Shown: positions 18,487-28,661 of the stretch, piece by piece
Numbering within the stretch: position 1 is the stretch's first letter
Layout of the letters: the number at the start of each line of letters is the position of its first letter
DNA from: an uncultured virus (IMG/VR IMGVR_UViG_3300021091_000023)
Taxonomy: Duplodnaviria; Heunggongvirae; Uroviricota; Caudoviricetes
Reading direction: 5' to 3' (one strand)
DNA length: 64,000 nt
IMG/VR virus record: IMGVR_UViG_3300021091_000023
Notes under the pieces: generated by a model
Seen by the model: only the letters and a program-made list of their open reading frames with translations
What the model was told of the DNA's origin: nothing
Databases searched by the model: none
Position numbers and translations under genes: made by a program

Positions 18487-18843
18487 ATGAAAAGAAAAAT
18501 AGGACTTTCAGAATCAGATCTTTATAGAATTGTTAACCGTGTCATATATGAACAAGATAAGGACGAAAAGGATATTGAGGATGACGAAGATATTGATTAT
18601 GATGACGAAGATATTGATGATGAAAACATGTCAAAATATACTGAGGATGAAATAGAAGATAAACAAGACGAATGTAGTAATTTAATAGATATGTTGGAAT
18701 CATTAGTCGAAGATTTAAAATCAATGGAAAATAATGAAGACATTTTTGACTTACTTTCAATGAAAGTTGGAGAAATAGAAGAGGCCTGTTTATTATTAAA
18801 TGATTTTGTTGACGGAATAGAATCAAACCCTTTTGGTATTTGA
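18487..18843 (+). CDS. Acidic hypothetical protein with an LSESDL-type leader
   Basis: MKRKIGLSESDLYRIVNRVIYEQ followed by a D/E-rich tract. Confidence 0.7.
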   Translation: MKRKIGLSESDLYRIVNRVIYEQDKDEKDIEDDEDIDYDDEDIDDENMSKYTEDEIEDKQDECSNLIDMLESLVEDLKSMENNEDIFDLLSMKVGEIEEACLLLNDFVDGIESNPFGI

Positions 18844-18860
18844 ATAAACAAATAAAAATT

Positions 18861-18887
18861 AAAGACCCACTATATGTGGGTTTTTTT
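18861..18887 (+). terminator. Rho-independent terminator
   Basis: ACCCAC-tatat-GTGGGT followed by a T-run. Confidence 0.8.
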
Positions 18888-18908
18888 GTTTATTGATATT
18901 TATTTTAT

Positions 18909-19424
18909 ATGTCACAGAATAAAGTTCCAATTACAAGATTAAATAAGTTTTTTTCTGAAGAAGACTTCAATTTAGAAATTGAAATGGGTATGGAATGGCA
19001 AATGGGTGATATGAATTTCACGGTCGTTTTATATAGGGTTGATAAAGAAAGAACAAATAATGATGACGTGTATGGTGAAGCAATGAGTGACGGAATACAA
19101 TTTTTGGCTCCAATTGAAGTAAAAGGTTTAGTTAAAATTGAGGCACCTGCAAATTCTGATTATGGGTCTTCCAAATTATCTCAACTTGAACCTGGTAATA
19201 TGACATTTAGTGTTTATCAATCACATTTAGATCAATTGGCTATTGAAATATCTTTGGGTGATTATTTGGCTTATTACGAAACAGAAGATAGGGTAAGGTA
19301 TTATTCGGTGGTAAATGACGGACGAGTTAATTCAGATATGAAACATACTTATGGTGGTTATAAAAAATACTATAGAACAATAATAGCAGCACCTGTAACT
19401 AACAACGAATTTAACGGATTATAA
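18909..19424 (+). CDS. Probable head-closure/neck protein (gp14-like)
   Basis: V.LYRVD.....DDVYGEA pattern; lies upstream of the terminator and sheath genes. Confidence 0.55.
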   Translation: MSQNKVPITRLNKFFSEEDFNLEIEMGMEWQMGDMNFTVVLYRVDKERTNNDDVYGEAMSDGIQFLAPIEVKGLVKIEAPANSDYGSSKLSQLEPGNMTFSVYQSHLDQLAIEISLGDYLAYYETEDRVRYYSVVNDGRVNSDMKHTYGGYKKYYRTIIAAPVTNNEFNGL

Positions 19425-19425
19425 A

Positions 19426-20472
19426 ATGGCATTACCTAAAAAAGTAAAAAAATATTTACCATTAATACCTACTAAGGTTGGTAATGAAAGAAGACAACAA
19501 ATGTTGGATGACATTACCGACAATGGTACTTACTTACCGAAAAGTGTTTTACATGCCGACATGGATGGAGGGGTTTTAGATTTTGTTAAAAATAACCTAA
19601 AGTTAGTTGTTGACGGTAAAACAGTACCAACAGTTAATAAAATAATAACAACACAAAGTTGGGCTCAGTTTAATGAAACATGGGAGTTTCAAGATTTAGA
19701 TAAAAACGTTTCTTTACCGTTTATTATAACAGTTAGAAAACCTGAAGTTAAATATGGTAAATTAGGCGGGAACAACCTTTTTCAAAATATTCCAGAAAGA
19801 CTTAGATTTAATTATTTTACCGTTCCCAATTGGGACGGTCAAAGAAAAGGTGCGGATGTTTATAAAGTACCACAACCAATACCTGTTGATATTGTATATA
19901 GTGTTAAGATATTTTGTAATAGAATGCGTGAGATCAATGAGTTCAACAAATTAATTTTACAAAATTTCACATCCAAACAAGCTTACATTCAAATTAATGG
20001 TCATTATATGCCACTTGTGGTAGCGGACCCATCTGACGACTCACCTAAAGAAATTGAAAAAAGAAAATACTATATAATGAGTTATGAATTCACCTTGAAT
20101 GGGTTTCTAATTGATGATAAAGAATTTCAAGTTTCTCCTGCGATTTCGAGACAAGTTTCCCTTTTTGAGTTTGAGACATCAAAAAAATCAAAGAGAGTTA
20201 GAATAGAACCACCGAGACCAAACTCATTCGATTTAGATTTTAATTTTGTTTCAGGAAATACCCAACTAAATGAAGTTTTTAGATATACGGTAGATTTAAA
20301 TGTGAGTAATACGACCAACATCAGTTCTTATTCTGTTTACATCAATTCAAATTATGTTGGTGACGATTTAACAAAAATACAAATAACAGACGGAGATACT
20401 CTTGTTGTTAATGTTATAAAATTTGATAATACAAAAGCGTCTTTGATAAAAACAAATGCGGTTTTAGTTTAA
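19426..20472 (+). CDS. Probable tail terminator (gp15-like)
   Basis: LPFIITVR, PIPVDIVYSV.I and YEFTLNGF patterns; adjacent to the sheath gene. Confidence 0.55.
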   Translation: MALPKKVKKYLPLIPTKVGNERRQQMLDDITDNGTYLPKSVLHADMDGGVLDFVKNNLKLVVDGKTVPTVNKIITTQSWAQFNETWEFQDLDKNVSLPFIITVRKPEVKYGKLGGNNLFQNIPERLRFNYFTVPNWDGQRKGADVYKVPQPIPVDIVYSVKIFCNRMREINEFNKLILQNFTSKQAYIQINGHYMPLVVADPSDDSPKEIEKRKYYIMSYEFTLNGFLIDDKEFQVSPAISRQVSLFEFETSKKSKRVRIEPPRPNSFDLDFNFVSGNTQLNEVFRYTVDLNVSNTTNISSYSVYINSNYVGDDLTKIQITDGDTLVVNVIKFDNTKASLIKTNAVLV

Positions 20473-20622
20473 CTACTCTCCGTAAATATCTTTTTCTTTT
20501 TTACAAGTCTTAATAATTAATTTTTCTAAAAACTTATAAAGCTTCAAACCATTTTCCTCACAATAGTTTTTTAGTAAAGTATGTGTTTCTTCTGAAATCT
20601 TTATATTTTTTATTTTTTTCAT
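20473..20622 (-). CDS. 49-aa ribbon-helix-helix-like DNA-binding protein (not in the ORF track)
   Basis: MKKIKNIKISEETHTLLKNYCEENGLKLYKFLEKLIIKTCKKEKDIYGE*; TATTTAT ends 4 nt upstream. Confidence 0.65.
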   Translation of the reverse strand: MKKIKNIKISEETHTLLKNYCEENGLKLYKFLEKLIIKTCKKEKDIYGE

Positions 20623-20758
20623 ATTCATAAATATTTTAATAGGTAGAAAAAAGGTAGAATTTTTTCATACTATTAAAAAATGATGGACTTTTTTATATGT
20701 TTTTTGCTTTTTTTGATTGTATTTATATATAAAATAAATCTTTAATTAAACTATAAAA

Positions 20759-23700
20759 ATGGCATCTTCTACAAAAGTATTCGTTTCTGCAGGGGTCTAT
20801 ACCTCAGAAAGGGACTTAACTTTCGTTGCACAAAGTGTTGGTGTAACTACTTTAGGCTTAGTTGGTGAGACTTTACAAGGGCCAGCCTTCGAACCTATTT
20901 TCATAACAAATTTTGATGAGTTTCAAGTTTATTTTGGGGGAACAAGTCCTGAAAAATTTGTAAACACACAAATTCCAAAATATGAATTGGCTTATATTTC
21001 GAATTCATATTTACAACAATCAAATCAACTTTTTGTAACAAGGGTATTAGGTTTATCGGGTTACGATGCAGGACCATCTTGGTCTATTGTAACTGCAGGT
21101 AATGTTGACCCTTCTACTGTATCAGTAACAGGTACATCAGGACCTAGTTACGTATTTTTTACAGGTACAACTGGTAATAGTACTAATGTTACTATAACAT
21201 CTATTTCTTCATTACCTTCAAATTTACAAAATGATTTTTACAATTCTTATACAACATTTAATGGAGGAACATCAAGTATAAGTGATGACTTTAAAGATTA
21301 TATTTCAGATCAAATAGGTCTTTATTCTACATCATCTGCATTATCAGGTAAGACTTCTTATTTTTGGGGAGCGGTTAGTTCGTCGACAATTAATTCAGTA
21401 ACAGGTTCACCTTTTAATACCACAGCAACTACTGAAACTTTTGGGGTAAGCTCAATTAATCAAGCTAATATTGATTTTTCATCAACAATTAATGATCCTT
21501 GGTTTTATGCAACCTTCGATTATTACCAAGGCACTAATGACATTAATGGTTATATAGGTTACGGTTTTGGTTCTTCTTTGGACTCAATTTCAGCAATCTC
21601 TGCTTCAGTTTATTCTGGTTCTATGGCCGTTTATGTTACAAACTATTCAGGTTCACCATATACTGAATACGATGATTTAATTGTTGCGACTTTAAGATCA
21701 AGAGGTATTACCAATTTTTCGAGCACACAACACGGTCCTTTATTTCAAGTTTCAGGAACATCTGACGTAACAATTGATTGTTCAGGAAATTATTCAGGAG
21801 TTACTAAAAACCCTTATGAAACGTTTGTTATTTCTGGTATAACAAAAGACAACGAAACATTTAGTTTTGAAACTTCATTAGGTACCACCGACACACAATA
21901 CATTTCAAAAGTATTTGGTAGAAGTAATTTTGGTAAAGATAGAACTGAAGTGCCTTTATTTGTTGAAGAAGTTTATTCAAGTTTATTACAAACAGGTTAT
22001 AGAGATGGTAAAATTAGAGGACTTTATTGTGATTTAGTAAGTTTACCAGGAGTAACTGATGAAACTAATTTTGCTTATTATGATTCTTTAGGATTTTATT
22101 TAGAACAATATCAAACACCTGAAACACCTTATATGGTTTCAGAATTAAGAGGTAATAAAGTTTATAAATTATTTAAATTTAAACTTATCTCTGATGGTAA
22201 TGCAGCCAACAGACTTGTTAAAATGTCAATTGGTAACATTTCATTTGCTAATGGTACATTTGATGTCTTTATTAGAGATTTTTATGACAATGACCAAAAT
22301 GTAAGAGTAGTTGAAAGTTTCACTAACTGTTCAATGGATCCTAATCAAAACAACTATGTTGCTAACAAAATTGGTACATCTAATGGTGAGTACCAAGTTA
22401 AATCGAAATATGTAATGTTGGAAATGAGCGACGAGGCACCAACAGATGCGTTACCATGTGGATTTGAGGGATATATCTCAAGAGAATACGCAAACGCAAC
22501 ACCACCATTTGTTGTATATAAAACAAGATATTTACAACCAGGTGACGTTATCTATAATCCTCCTTTTGGTTCATCATCAGGTGGAGACAATCAAGTAATC
22601 TCAAGTGGTGAAAACCCAAGAAAGGCTTATTTAGGTATTTCTAATATTGCTGGTATTGATTATGACTTTTTTGAATATAAAGGAAAACAATTACCTGTAA
22701 ATTTAGGTACTGACACTACAGGCCCATCTTGGGGTTACAGAACTAAAGGTTTCCATATGGATAGTGGTGCTACGGTTGTAACTATGGTTGTAAATTCTGC
22801 AACAACACAAGCGTTTGAAGTAGGTACAGGTAATTTTAGAAGTGAGCCTCAGGATACTGATAACCCTTATTACAGATTAAATACTCGTAAATTCACAGTA
22901 TTAGCTTATGGTGGATTTGACGGATGGGATATTTACAGAGAATATAGAACAAACGGAGACGCGTTCGCTCTTGGTCAATCAGGATTTAAAAAAGGAGCGG
23001 CACCTTCAGTTACTTATCCAACGTCTACAGGATGGGGAGCGTTCAAACAAATTTCAGGACCTAACCAAGAGACTTGGGCAAATACTGATTACTACGCTTA
23101 TAAATGGGGACAATCAAGTTTTGCTAATCCAGAGTCAGTTAATATTAATGTATTTGCAACACCGGGTATTGATTATTACTACAACTCAAATTTAGTTGAA
23201 GATGCTATTGATATGGTTGAAACAGATAGAGCGGATTCAATTTATATCTGTACAACACCTGACTTTAATTTACTTTTACCGTCTTACAATGATATTGAAG
23301 AAGGTTTGGTATATCCACAAGAAATTGTCGATAGGCTAGAAGATACAGGAATTGATTCAAACTACACCGCCACTTACTATCCATGGGTATTAACAAGAGA
23401 TACTGTAAACAATACACAAATCTATATACCACCAACTGCGGAAGTAACTAAAAACTTAGCGTTAACCGACAATATTGCGTTTCCTTGGTTCGCATCTGCA
23501 GGTTATACAAGAGGTTTGGTAAGTGCAATTAGAGCACGTAAAAAATTAACTCAAGAAGATAGAGATACTTTATATAAAGGTAGAGTAAACCCAATTGCTA
23601 CTTTTTCTGATGTAGGTACTGTAATATGGGGTAATAAAACTTTACAAGTTAAAGAATCGGCACTTGATAGAATCAACGTAAGAAGATTACTTCTACAAGC

Positions 23701-23977
23701 AAGAAAATTAATTTCAGCAGTGGCAGTAAGATTACTATTCGAACAAAATGATGATAAAGTAAGACAAGACTTCTTAGATTCAGTTAACCCAATCTTGGAT
23801 TCAATTAGAAGAGATAGAGGTTTAATTGACTTTAGAGTTACAGTTTCTAACACACCTGAAGATTTGGATTCAAATACCTTAACAGGTAAAATTTACTTGA
23901 AACCGACAAGAGCGTTAGAGTTCATTGACATTGAGTTTGTAATTACTCCGACAGGGGCTTCTTTTGATGACGTATAA
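20759..23977 (+). CDS. Contractile tail sheath protein
   Basis: SAGVYTSERD, GETLQGPAFEP, YYPW, PWFASAGYTRG, VNPI, WGNKTLQ, RINVRRLL, LFEQND, PTRALEFIDIEF. Confidence 0.95.
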   Translation: MASSTKVFVSAGVYTSERDLTFVAQSVGVTTLGLVGETLQGPAFEPIFITNFDEFQVYFGGTSPEKFVNTQIPKYELAYISNSYLQQSNQLFVTRVLGLSGYDAGPSWSIVTAGNVDPSTVSVTGTSGPSYVFFTGTTGNSTNVTITSISSLPSNLQNDFYNSYTTFNGGTSSISDDFKDYISDQIGLYSTSSALSGKTSYFWGAVSSSTINSVTGSPFNTTATTETFGVSSINQANIDFSSTINDPWFYATFDYYQGTNDINGYIGYGFGSSLDSISAISASVYSGSMAVYVTNYSGSPYTEYDDLIVATLRSRGITNFSSTQHGPLFQVSGTSDVTIDCSGNYSGVTKNPYETFVISGITKDNETFSFETSLGTTDTQYISKVFGRSNFGKDRTEVPLFVEEVYSSLLQTGYRDGKIRGLYCDLVSLPGVTDETNFAYYDSLGFYLEQYQTPETPYMVSELRGNKVYKLFKFKLISDGNAANRLVKMSIGNISFANGTFDVFIRDFYDNDQNVRVVESFTNCSMDPNQNNYVANKIGTSNGEYQVKSKYVMLEMSDEAPTDALPCGFEGYISREYANATPPFVVYKTRYLQPGDVIYNPPFGSSSGGDNQVISSGENPRKAYLGISNIAGIDYDFFEYKGKQLPVNLGTDTTGPSWGYRTKGFHMDSGATVVTMVVNSATTQAFEVGTGNFRSEPQDTDNPYYRLNTRKFTVLAYGGFDGWDIYREYRTNGDAFALGQSGFKKGAAPSVTYPTSTGWGAFKQISGPNQETWANTDYYAYKWGQSSFANPESVNINVFATPGIDYYYNSNLVEDAIDMVETDRADSIYICTTPDFNLLLPSYNDIEEGLVYPQEIVDRLEDTGIDSNYTATYYPWVLTRDTVNNTQIYIPPTAEVTKNLALTDNIAFPWFASAGYTRGLVSAIRARKKLTQEDRDTLYKGRVNPIATFSDVGTVIWGNKTLQVKESALDRINVRRLLLQARKLISAVAVRLLFEQNDDKVRQDFLDSVNPILDSIRRDRGLIDFRVTVSNTPEDLDSNTLTGKIYLKPTRALEFIDIEFVITPTGASFDDV

Positions 23978-23999
23978 TTAAAATACAAAAAATAAAACA

Positions 24000-24025
24000 A
24001 TGGGGAGTAGAAATATTCCCCATTT
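24000..24025 (+). terminator. Hairpin after the sheath gene (probable terminator)
   Basis: ATGGGGAGTA-gaaa-TATTCCCCAT. Confidence 0.6.
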
Positions 24026-24047
24026 GTATATTTATAAGAAAAAAGTT

Positions 24048-24188
24048 ATGAAAATCGAAAAAAAACTTATTAAAGAAAGTATAGGATCAAATAAAATTGA
24101 ACCTAAAACATATTCAGGTAAAAAACAAAATATCGTATTAACTGAAAGCCAATTAGAAAAGTTATTATTTGCAATCAATAAAAAATGA
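24048..24188 (+). CDS. Small protein with an LTESQL motif
   Basis: MKIEKKLIKES...QNIVLTESQLEKLL; TATTTAT at 24029-24035 favours ATG 24048. Confidence 0.55.
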   Translation: MKIEKKLIKESIGSNKIEPKTYSGKKQNIVLTESQLEKLLFAINKK

Positions 24189-25084
24189 AGTATACAAAAT
24201 ACATATACGATTACGTAAATAAAAAAAGATTAGTCGAAGGTATTACTGAAGAAGGGAGACCCGATTTAAAATACTATGCTTTTGATTGGGATGATAATAT
24301 TGTTTTTATGCCAACAAAAATTATTTTAATGAGTGAAAACGAAGAAGAAGTTCCGATGTCAACAGAGGAGTTTGCTGAACACAGACATGAGATTGGGGTA
24401 CAACCTTTTAGTTTTAAAGGGACAACAATTGTTGGTTATGCACCAAACCCATTTAGAAATTTTAGAACAGAAGGTGATAAAAATTTTATTATTGACTCAA
24501 TGATGGCAAGTCCCGGTCCTTCATGGAATGATTTTGTGGAATGTATTAATGGTGGGTCAATTTTTGCTATTATTACAGCTAGAGGACACAATCCTGAAAC
24601 TTTAAAAGAATCTTGTTTAAATTATATATTATCAAATCATAATGGTATTAATTCAAAAACTTTGGTTGAAAATTTAAAAAAATATAGAAATCTAAATACT
24701 CAAGACATTTATGAAAATGTAAGAGAATTAGAATATCAAGATAAAGATTTAATAAACGAATATTTAGATCTATGTAAGTTCCACCCCGTATCTTTTGGTG
24801 AAGGGAGTGCTGCGAACCCTGAAGAAGGTAAAATTAAAGCGATGAGAGAATTTATATCTTATTGTAGAGAAATGGCTTCGGAGGTTTCAAGAATGACAGG
24901 AGACTCGTCTAAGGCCATATTTAAAAATGATATTGCAAATGATGAGGTGATTCCTTTTATTGGTTTTTCAGATGATGATGCAAAAAATATTGAAGCAATG
25001 AAAGGATTTTTAGAAAAAGAATATCCAGAAGAAAAACCAGTAAGAGTGTATTTAACTAAAGGAGGAGAAAAAGAAGAGATATAA
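24185..25084 (+). CDS. HAD-superfamily phosphatase-like protein
   Basis: Motif I FDWDDNI, motif II IITARG, a Lys, and motif IV GFSDDD. Confidence 0.65.
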   Translation: MKYTKYIYDYVNKKRLVEGITEEGRPDLKYYAFDWDDNIVFMPTKIILMSENEEEVPMSTEEFAEHRHEIGVQPFSFKGTTIVGYAPNPFRNFRTEGDKNFIIDSMMASPGPSWNDFVECINGGSIFAIITARGHNPETLKESCLNYILSNHNGINSKTLVENLKKYRNLNTQDIYENVRELEYQDKDLINEYLDLCKFHPVSFGEGSAANPEEGKIKAMREFISYCREMASEVSRMTGDSSKAIFKNDIANDEVIPFIGFSDDDAKNIEAMKGFLEKEYPEEKPVRVYLTKGGEKEEI

Positions 25085-25189
25085 GTTATTATATATAATA
25101 TATATTTTAAAAATATCTGAAAGTAAATAGAAAAAAAAATTATAACAAGATATTTATAATAAAAATAAAAACAAAAAAAACAAAATAAC

Positions 25190-25678
25190 ATGGCTGATTT
25201 ATTAATGAAAATGCCCTTTCAGTATGAACCTAAAAAGTCAAATAGGTTTATATTGAGTTTCCCTTCATCTTTGGGGATCAATTCTTGGTATGTTGAAAAA
25301 GCATCAAGACCTAGTATTAAAATTGATACAAAGGAAATAAAATTCTTAAACACTCAAACTTATGTTGCTGGATTTTTTAATTGGGAATCAATTTCTGTTT
25401 CATTAAGAGACCCTATCGGACCTTCGGCAGCACAAGCAGTTATGGAGTGGGTTCGTTTACACGCAGAATCAGTAACGGGACGTATGGGTTACGCTGCTGG
25501 GTATAAAAAAGACGTTGACCTTGAAATGTTAGACCCAACAGGAGTTGTTGTTGAAAAATGGATTTTACAAGGATGTAGTTTAACTGACGCTAAATTTAAT
25601 GAGGTTAATTACACCAACTCAGATATTATGAAAGTTGATATGACATTACAACCTGACAGATGTATATTAGTTTACTAA
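25190..25678 (+). CDS. Tail tube protein (gp19-like)
   Basis: EPK..NRF, WESISVSLRDPI, VMEW, YKKDVDLEMLDPTGVVVEKW; downstream of the sheath gene. Confidence 0.9.
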   Translation: MADLLMKMPFQYEPKKSNRFILSFPSSLGINSWYVEKASRPSIKIDTKEIKFLNTQTYVAGFFNWESISVSLRDPIGPSAAQAVMEWVRLHAESVTGRMGYAAGYKKDVDLEMLDPTGVVVEKWILQGCSLTDAKFNEVNYTNSDIMKVDMTLQPDRCILVY

Positions 25679-25704
25679 TTAAAAACTAAATAAAAAATTT
25701 TAAG

Positions 25705-25731
25705 AACCTCACTAACAAAGTGGGGTTTTTT
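25705..25731 (+). terminator. Rho-independent terminator
   Basis: AACCTCACT-aacaa-AGTGGGGTT followed by a T-run. Confidence 0.75.
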
Positions 25732-25776
25732 GTTTACAAAAAATAAAGTAAAGTTATTTTTTAAATAAAAATAATT

Positions 25777-26529
25777 ATGGATAACGCAATTGAATACGGA
25801 CAACAACAATTTAATTTACCTCATGATGTGGTGAAATTACCATCAAAAGGTATTTTTTATACCCCTAAAAAAGAATCATTAAAGGTTGGTTATTTAACCG
25901 CCGCTGACGAAAACATTTTAATGTCACAAAATAATAACAAAGAAGGTTTGATTAAAACTTTATTAAGAAATAAAATTTATGAACCAGGGTTTGATATTAA
26001 CCAAATGATTAATGTTGATATACAAGCCATACTTATCTTTTTAAGAAACACTGCTTTTGGTCCTGAATATAATTTTATTGTAAAAGACCCAAAAACATCC
26101 ATAGAATTTGAAACCACTGTATTAATAGATGAGTTGAATTACATTGAATCTAAAGTTAAACCAGATGAAGACGGTCTTTATACTTTATTATTACCAAAAA
26201 CACAAAAAACAGTTAGATTAAAACTTTTAAATATAGGAGAAGAAACGGAAATTGAAAGTTTATCAGATAAATACCCAAAAGGTATGGTTGCACCTATTGT
26301 TACAAAAAGATTAGAAAAACAAATAGTTGAACTTGAGGGTAATAGAGATAAAGGTGTAATAGCCACATTTGTAAATCAAATGCCAATAATGGATTCAAAA
26401 GAAATTAAAAATTTTCTATTATTGTGCGAACCAAAAATTGATTTAAATAAAAAAATTATAGCCCCGTCTGGAGAAGAAGTCACTGTAATGGTGAACTTTG
26501 GGGTTGAATTTTTTCGGCCTTTCTTCTAA
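25777..26529 (+). CDS. Tail/baseplate assembly chaperone (gp26-like)
   Basis: V.LPSKG.FY, LTAADENIL, D..AILIFLR..AFG..Y, ending FFRPFF; lies between tube and tape-measure genes. Confidence 0.7.
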   Translation: MDNAIEYGQQQFNLPHDVVKLPSKGIFYTPKKESLKVGYLTAADENILMSQNNNKEGLIKTLLRNKIYEPGFDINQMINVDIQAILIFLRNTAFGPEYNFIVKDPKTSIEFETTVLIDELNYIESKVKPDEDGLYTLLLPKTQKTVRLKLLNIGEETEIESLSDKYPKGMVAPIVTKRLEKQIVELEGNRDKGVIATFVNQMPIMDSKEIKNFLLLCEPKIDLNKKIIAPSGEEVTVMVNFGVEFFRPFF

Positions 26530-26545
26530 TCATAAAAAAAATTTA

Positions 26546-26668
26546 ATGGATGAGTTCTATTACTTGGTAAAATACGCTCACTTTTCATACAATGACTTAT
26601 TAAATGTACCAACATACGAAAGAAAATACTACGTCGATAAGTTATTAGCAGAATATGAAAAAAAATAA
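26546..26668 (+). CDS. Small ORF, probably the +1 frameshift extension of the chaperone
   Basis: MDEFYYLVKYAHFSYNDLLNVPTYERKYYVDKLLAEYEKK*; the frame is open back to 26495. Confidence 0.7.
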   Translation: MDEFYYLVKYAHFSYNDLLNVPTYERKYYVDKLLAEYEKK

Positions 26669-26698
26669 TAATAACCTATTTATTAAATAAAAGAAAAT

Positions 26699-28633
26699 AT
26701 GTGGTTATTTTTTCAAGACGCTACTGATGAATTCGGAACAGGAGGAATTGATATTCAAGCCGATCCAAAAAATGGTATTCTCAAGTCCTTAATCAACGCA
26801 ATGGAAAACGGTATAAAACCAAACGAAACGTTTAGGGTTTTAAGTCAAATGGAAGATAAGGTTAAAGACTTACAAAAAACAATGGGTAGTGGTCTTGTTT
26901 TAGGTGGTGAGGCGTTTAGAGAAAAAGTCGAACAAATATACTTTGAAACCACAGAATTAGGAATACAATTTAAAGACGTAACCGATGTAATGGGGGGTAT
27001 GTCTAAAAGTGTCGGTCGTATCATAGATCCCTCAAAAGATGTCGTCCAACAAATGGCAATACTTGGTAAAAATGTTGGAATAGCCTCTGAAGCAATGGGA
27101 CAAATGGTTGGTGAATTTATGAAACTAACATTTTCTCAAGAAAAGAGTGTAGAACTAATTAATAAAATAACAGATTCAGCAAGAAGAAGTGGTGTAAATG
27201 TTAAAGCAACATTAGAGGGAGTCCAAAAAAATCTATCAAAAGTAGACGCTTACGGTTTCAAAAATGGTATTGAAGGTTTAACCAAAATGCAAATTCAGGC
27301 CCAACAACTAAGAACCTCAGTTGAGGAAATTAATGCTGCACAATTAGGTCAAACTTTTTGGGATCCTGAAAAGGCAATTGAAGCGGCAGCAGGTATGTCC
27401 ATGTTAGGTGGTTCTATGTCAAATCTTATGAACCCCTTTCAATTAATGAACATGGGAGCAAACAATGTTGAAAAACTTCAAGAAAGTTTAATAGATTTAT
27501 CTGCATCCGCATTTAAAGTAAATGATGCGACGGGTGAAGTAGAAACAAATTTTGTTGCACAACAAAGATTGAAACAACAATTAGAATCTTTAGGAAGGGG
27601 TGGTGAGTATGAAAAATACATTAATTTAGGTAGGGAGGCATCAAAACAAGCAAAAATAATTGCAGACATTAATAAAAGTGGTTTAGGTACGTTATTTGAA
27701 GGTGAGGGTAAAACGTTCACGGAAGAAGATAAAAGATTAATAGCATCTCTAAGTGAGGTAAAAGATGGTAAGATAAGTTTAAAAATACCTGGATTTGATC
27801 AAGTTGATAATCTACAAGAAGCACTATCAGGAAATCCTGAAAGAATAAAAGAAGCCTTAGAAAAATATCAAAAAGAGGCCGCAATGTCAGAAAAAGATAT
27901 TGCTATGAAAAGTTTGTCAACTGTAGACAACATTAAAAATGATACAACAGTTATATCTCAAACTCTTTTAAGAACTCTTTCTGAAACAGAAAGAACTGCA
28001 GTTTTACAGACTGTTGGTGGTGTTGCGCAAGAAGGAACTGACAAATTTAAAACTGTCACACAAACAGCAGCTACTGGTGTTAAATCAACAGTATTAGACC
28101 CTAATTTTTGGAGAGATATTTTTACATCAAATCCACCAACACCCGCAGAAGAAGATAAATTTTTTGGTGATGGTACTAAAAGATTAAGTACAGGTAAAGG
28201 TGAAATGTTTAGTTTTATTAAAGAAGATCAAGCATTATTTGCTCCCGATTTAGATGAAAAACTAGGCGTTCTTAAATCAGCATATCTAAAATTAACAAAG
28301 ATACGACCAAATTTAGAAACCGATGTGACTTTAACTCCTCAAGAATTCCAACAACCTGAAGTTAATTTCAAACAACCTGAAATAAAAACTCTTGATTTTT
28401 CTAAAATTATGGATTCTCTTGGGTTGTCTACTGCGCAGATTGAATCTATGTCTAATAAAGAGACTGTCCAAAAAATAGAAGGTTCGGGATCTGTTAATAT
28501 CAATGTTAATATTTCAAGTAGTGGCGATTTAGCTAGTTCATTGATTTCAGATAGAAGATTTAAAGACGATTTAGAAACAGAAATATTAAACACATTAAAA
28601 AACAAAGACTTATTAATGGTTAAAAAACCATGA
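26699..28633 (+). CDS. Tape measure-like protein
   Basis: 644 aa, helical and Ala/Gln/Met-rich; canonical position after tube and chaperone. Confidence 0.6.
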   Translation: MWLFFQDATDEFGTGGIDIQADPKNGILKSLINAMENGIKPNETFRVLSQMEDKVKDLQKTMGSGLVLGGEAFREKVEQIYFETTELGIQFKDVTDVMGGMSKSVGRIIDPSKDVVQQMAILGKNVGIASEAMGQMVGEFMKLTFSQEKSVELINKITDSARRSGVNVKATLEGVQKNLSKVDAYGFKNGIEGLTKMQIQAQQLRTSVEEINAAQLGQTFWDPEKAIEAAAGMSMLGGSMSNLMNPFQLMNMGANNVEKLQESLIDLSASAFKVNDATGEVETNFVAQQRLKQQLESLGRGGEYEKYINLGREASKQAKIIADINKSGLGTLFEGEGKTFTEEDKRLIASLSEVKDGKISLKIPGFDQVDNLQEALSGNPERIKEALEKYQKEAAMSEKDIAMKSLSTVDNIKNDTTVISQTLLRTLSETERTAVLQTVGGVAQEGTDKFKTVTQTAATGVKSTVLDPNFWRDIFTSNPPTPAEEDKFFGDGTKRLSTGKGEMFSFIKEDQALFAPDLDEKLGVLKSAYLKLTKIRPNLETDVTLTPQEFQQPEVNFKQPEIKTLDFSKIMDSLGLSTAQIESMSNKETVQKIEGSGSVNINVNISSSGDLASSLISDRRFKDDLETEILNTLKNKDLLMVKKP

Positions 28634-28661
28634 TAAAATCTATTTATACTAAAAGTAATAA

